DNA from: the human T2T-CHM13v2.0 reference genome, Homo sapiens | Assembly (NCBI RefSeq): GCF_009914755.1 | Contig: NC_060932.1 | Strand: one strand, 5' to 3' | DNA length: 64,000 bases | Shown here: positions 63,235 through 64,000 of the stretch, in pieces | Position numbering within the stretch: position 1 is the first letter of the stretch | Layout: the number at the start of each line of letters is the position of its first letter | The notes under the pieces: model-generated | What the model saw: the letters and a program-made list of their open reading frames with translations, nothing else | Database searches by the model: none | What the model was told of the DNA's origin: nothing | Position numbers and translations under genes: made by a program

Positions 63235-63625
63235 AAGAAAGCAATTTCAGAAGTAAATTTATACACGCACATGTGAACAAAAGCCACGTAGAAAGACATT
63301 CATTGCAGCATTATTTATGACAGGAAAACACTGGAAACAACCTAATGTTGAAGAAATTGTCATTCCATATTTCATACTTTTTTAAAGGGAGAGAGAAAGT
63401 GATCTTCGGACTTTATTGTTAAGTGAAAAAAAGCAAGATGCAGACCTGTGTGCGTTTTATGCTACCATTTGTGTAAAATAGGAAATGAGGTGTATTTGTA
63501 TTTGCGTAACATGTTTCTAGAAGGATACTCAAGAAATTGTTGGTTGGCTGGGAAACAAGGAAGGGAGGTCATTTTCACAGTTTACCCTTCTGTGCCTTTT
63601 GGATTTTGCACCATTTTCAGGTGTT
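63235..63625 (+). mobile_element. L1ME-type 3' remnant
   Basis: ttcattgcagcattattt...ctggaaacaacctaatgt...gttaagtgaaaaaagcaag. Confidence 0.6.
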
Positions 63626-64000
63626 AAAAACTCAAAACAAGTTTTACGTATTAAACATGAACAGAAAAAGCTTCACATAACAAATGCCGAAAAAGTCGAG
63701 TGAATGAATCTTTCAGTCTGTACTTAAATTCTTCTTCTGCCTGGGAGCTCATTATTTCACCAAGCAGCCCAATCTCTCATTATGCACATCCCTCATCCTG
63801 ATGTGCTGCTTCGCAAGATCTGCTCGAGTGACAGAGCAGAGCAGGAGAAACTGTTGTAGTTTGAAGAGCAGTGAAGGTTTCTGCCTGAGAGACTTCCCCG
63901 TGCTCTCCCCAGCAATACCTGGGATTCAACCCCTCCCAAAGTGCTGTGGGGAGAGAGATTTAATGTTTTCAAATCAATTCTCCTTAATTAAATGTTTGTT

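Overview
Eukaryotic (human) genomic DNA, almost entirely intronic. I recognise it as the middle of GRHL2 (grainyhead-like 2) on the + strand. Six coding exons (recalled numbering 3-8; 6455-6522, 12158-12551, 24077-24132, 27404-27560, 31144-31255, 52799-52893) splice into one open frame, VPRDKRLL...TWDVNEEAK, which runs into the CP2/Grainyhead DNA-binding domain. The introns hold a full-length antisense processed pseudogene of RSL24D1, about 22 Alu elements or fragments (including a young 5'-truncated AluYb8-type copy), and L1, L2, MIR, MLT1 and hAT MITE remnants plus simple repeats. Nearly all ORFs in the supplied track are spurious. I see no new gene system. The most interesting sequence-level observations are: (i) a perfectly phased 41 x 8-bp array in intron 7 with 24 ZEB/SNAIL-type CAGGTG/CAGGTA boxes, inside a gene known to be repressed by ZEB1; (ii) inverted Alus bracketing exon 4 and exons 3-4, predicting circRNAs, one of them a stop-free 462-nt circle; (iii) a textbook recursive-splice-site motif in intron 4; (iv) a locally templated insertion inside an L1; (v) a probably polymorphic AluYb8. 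Repeat subfamily calls and the boundaries of old repeats are by eye and approximate.
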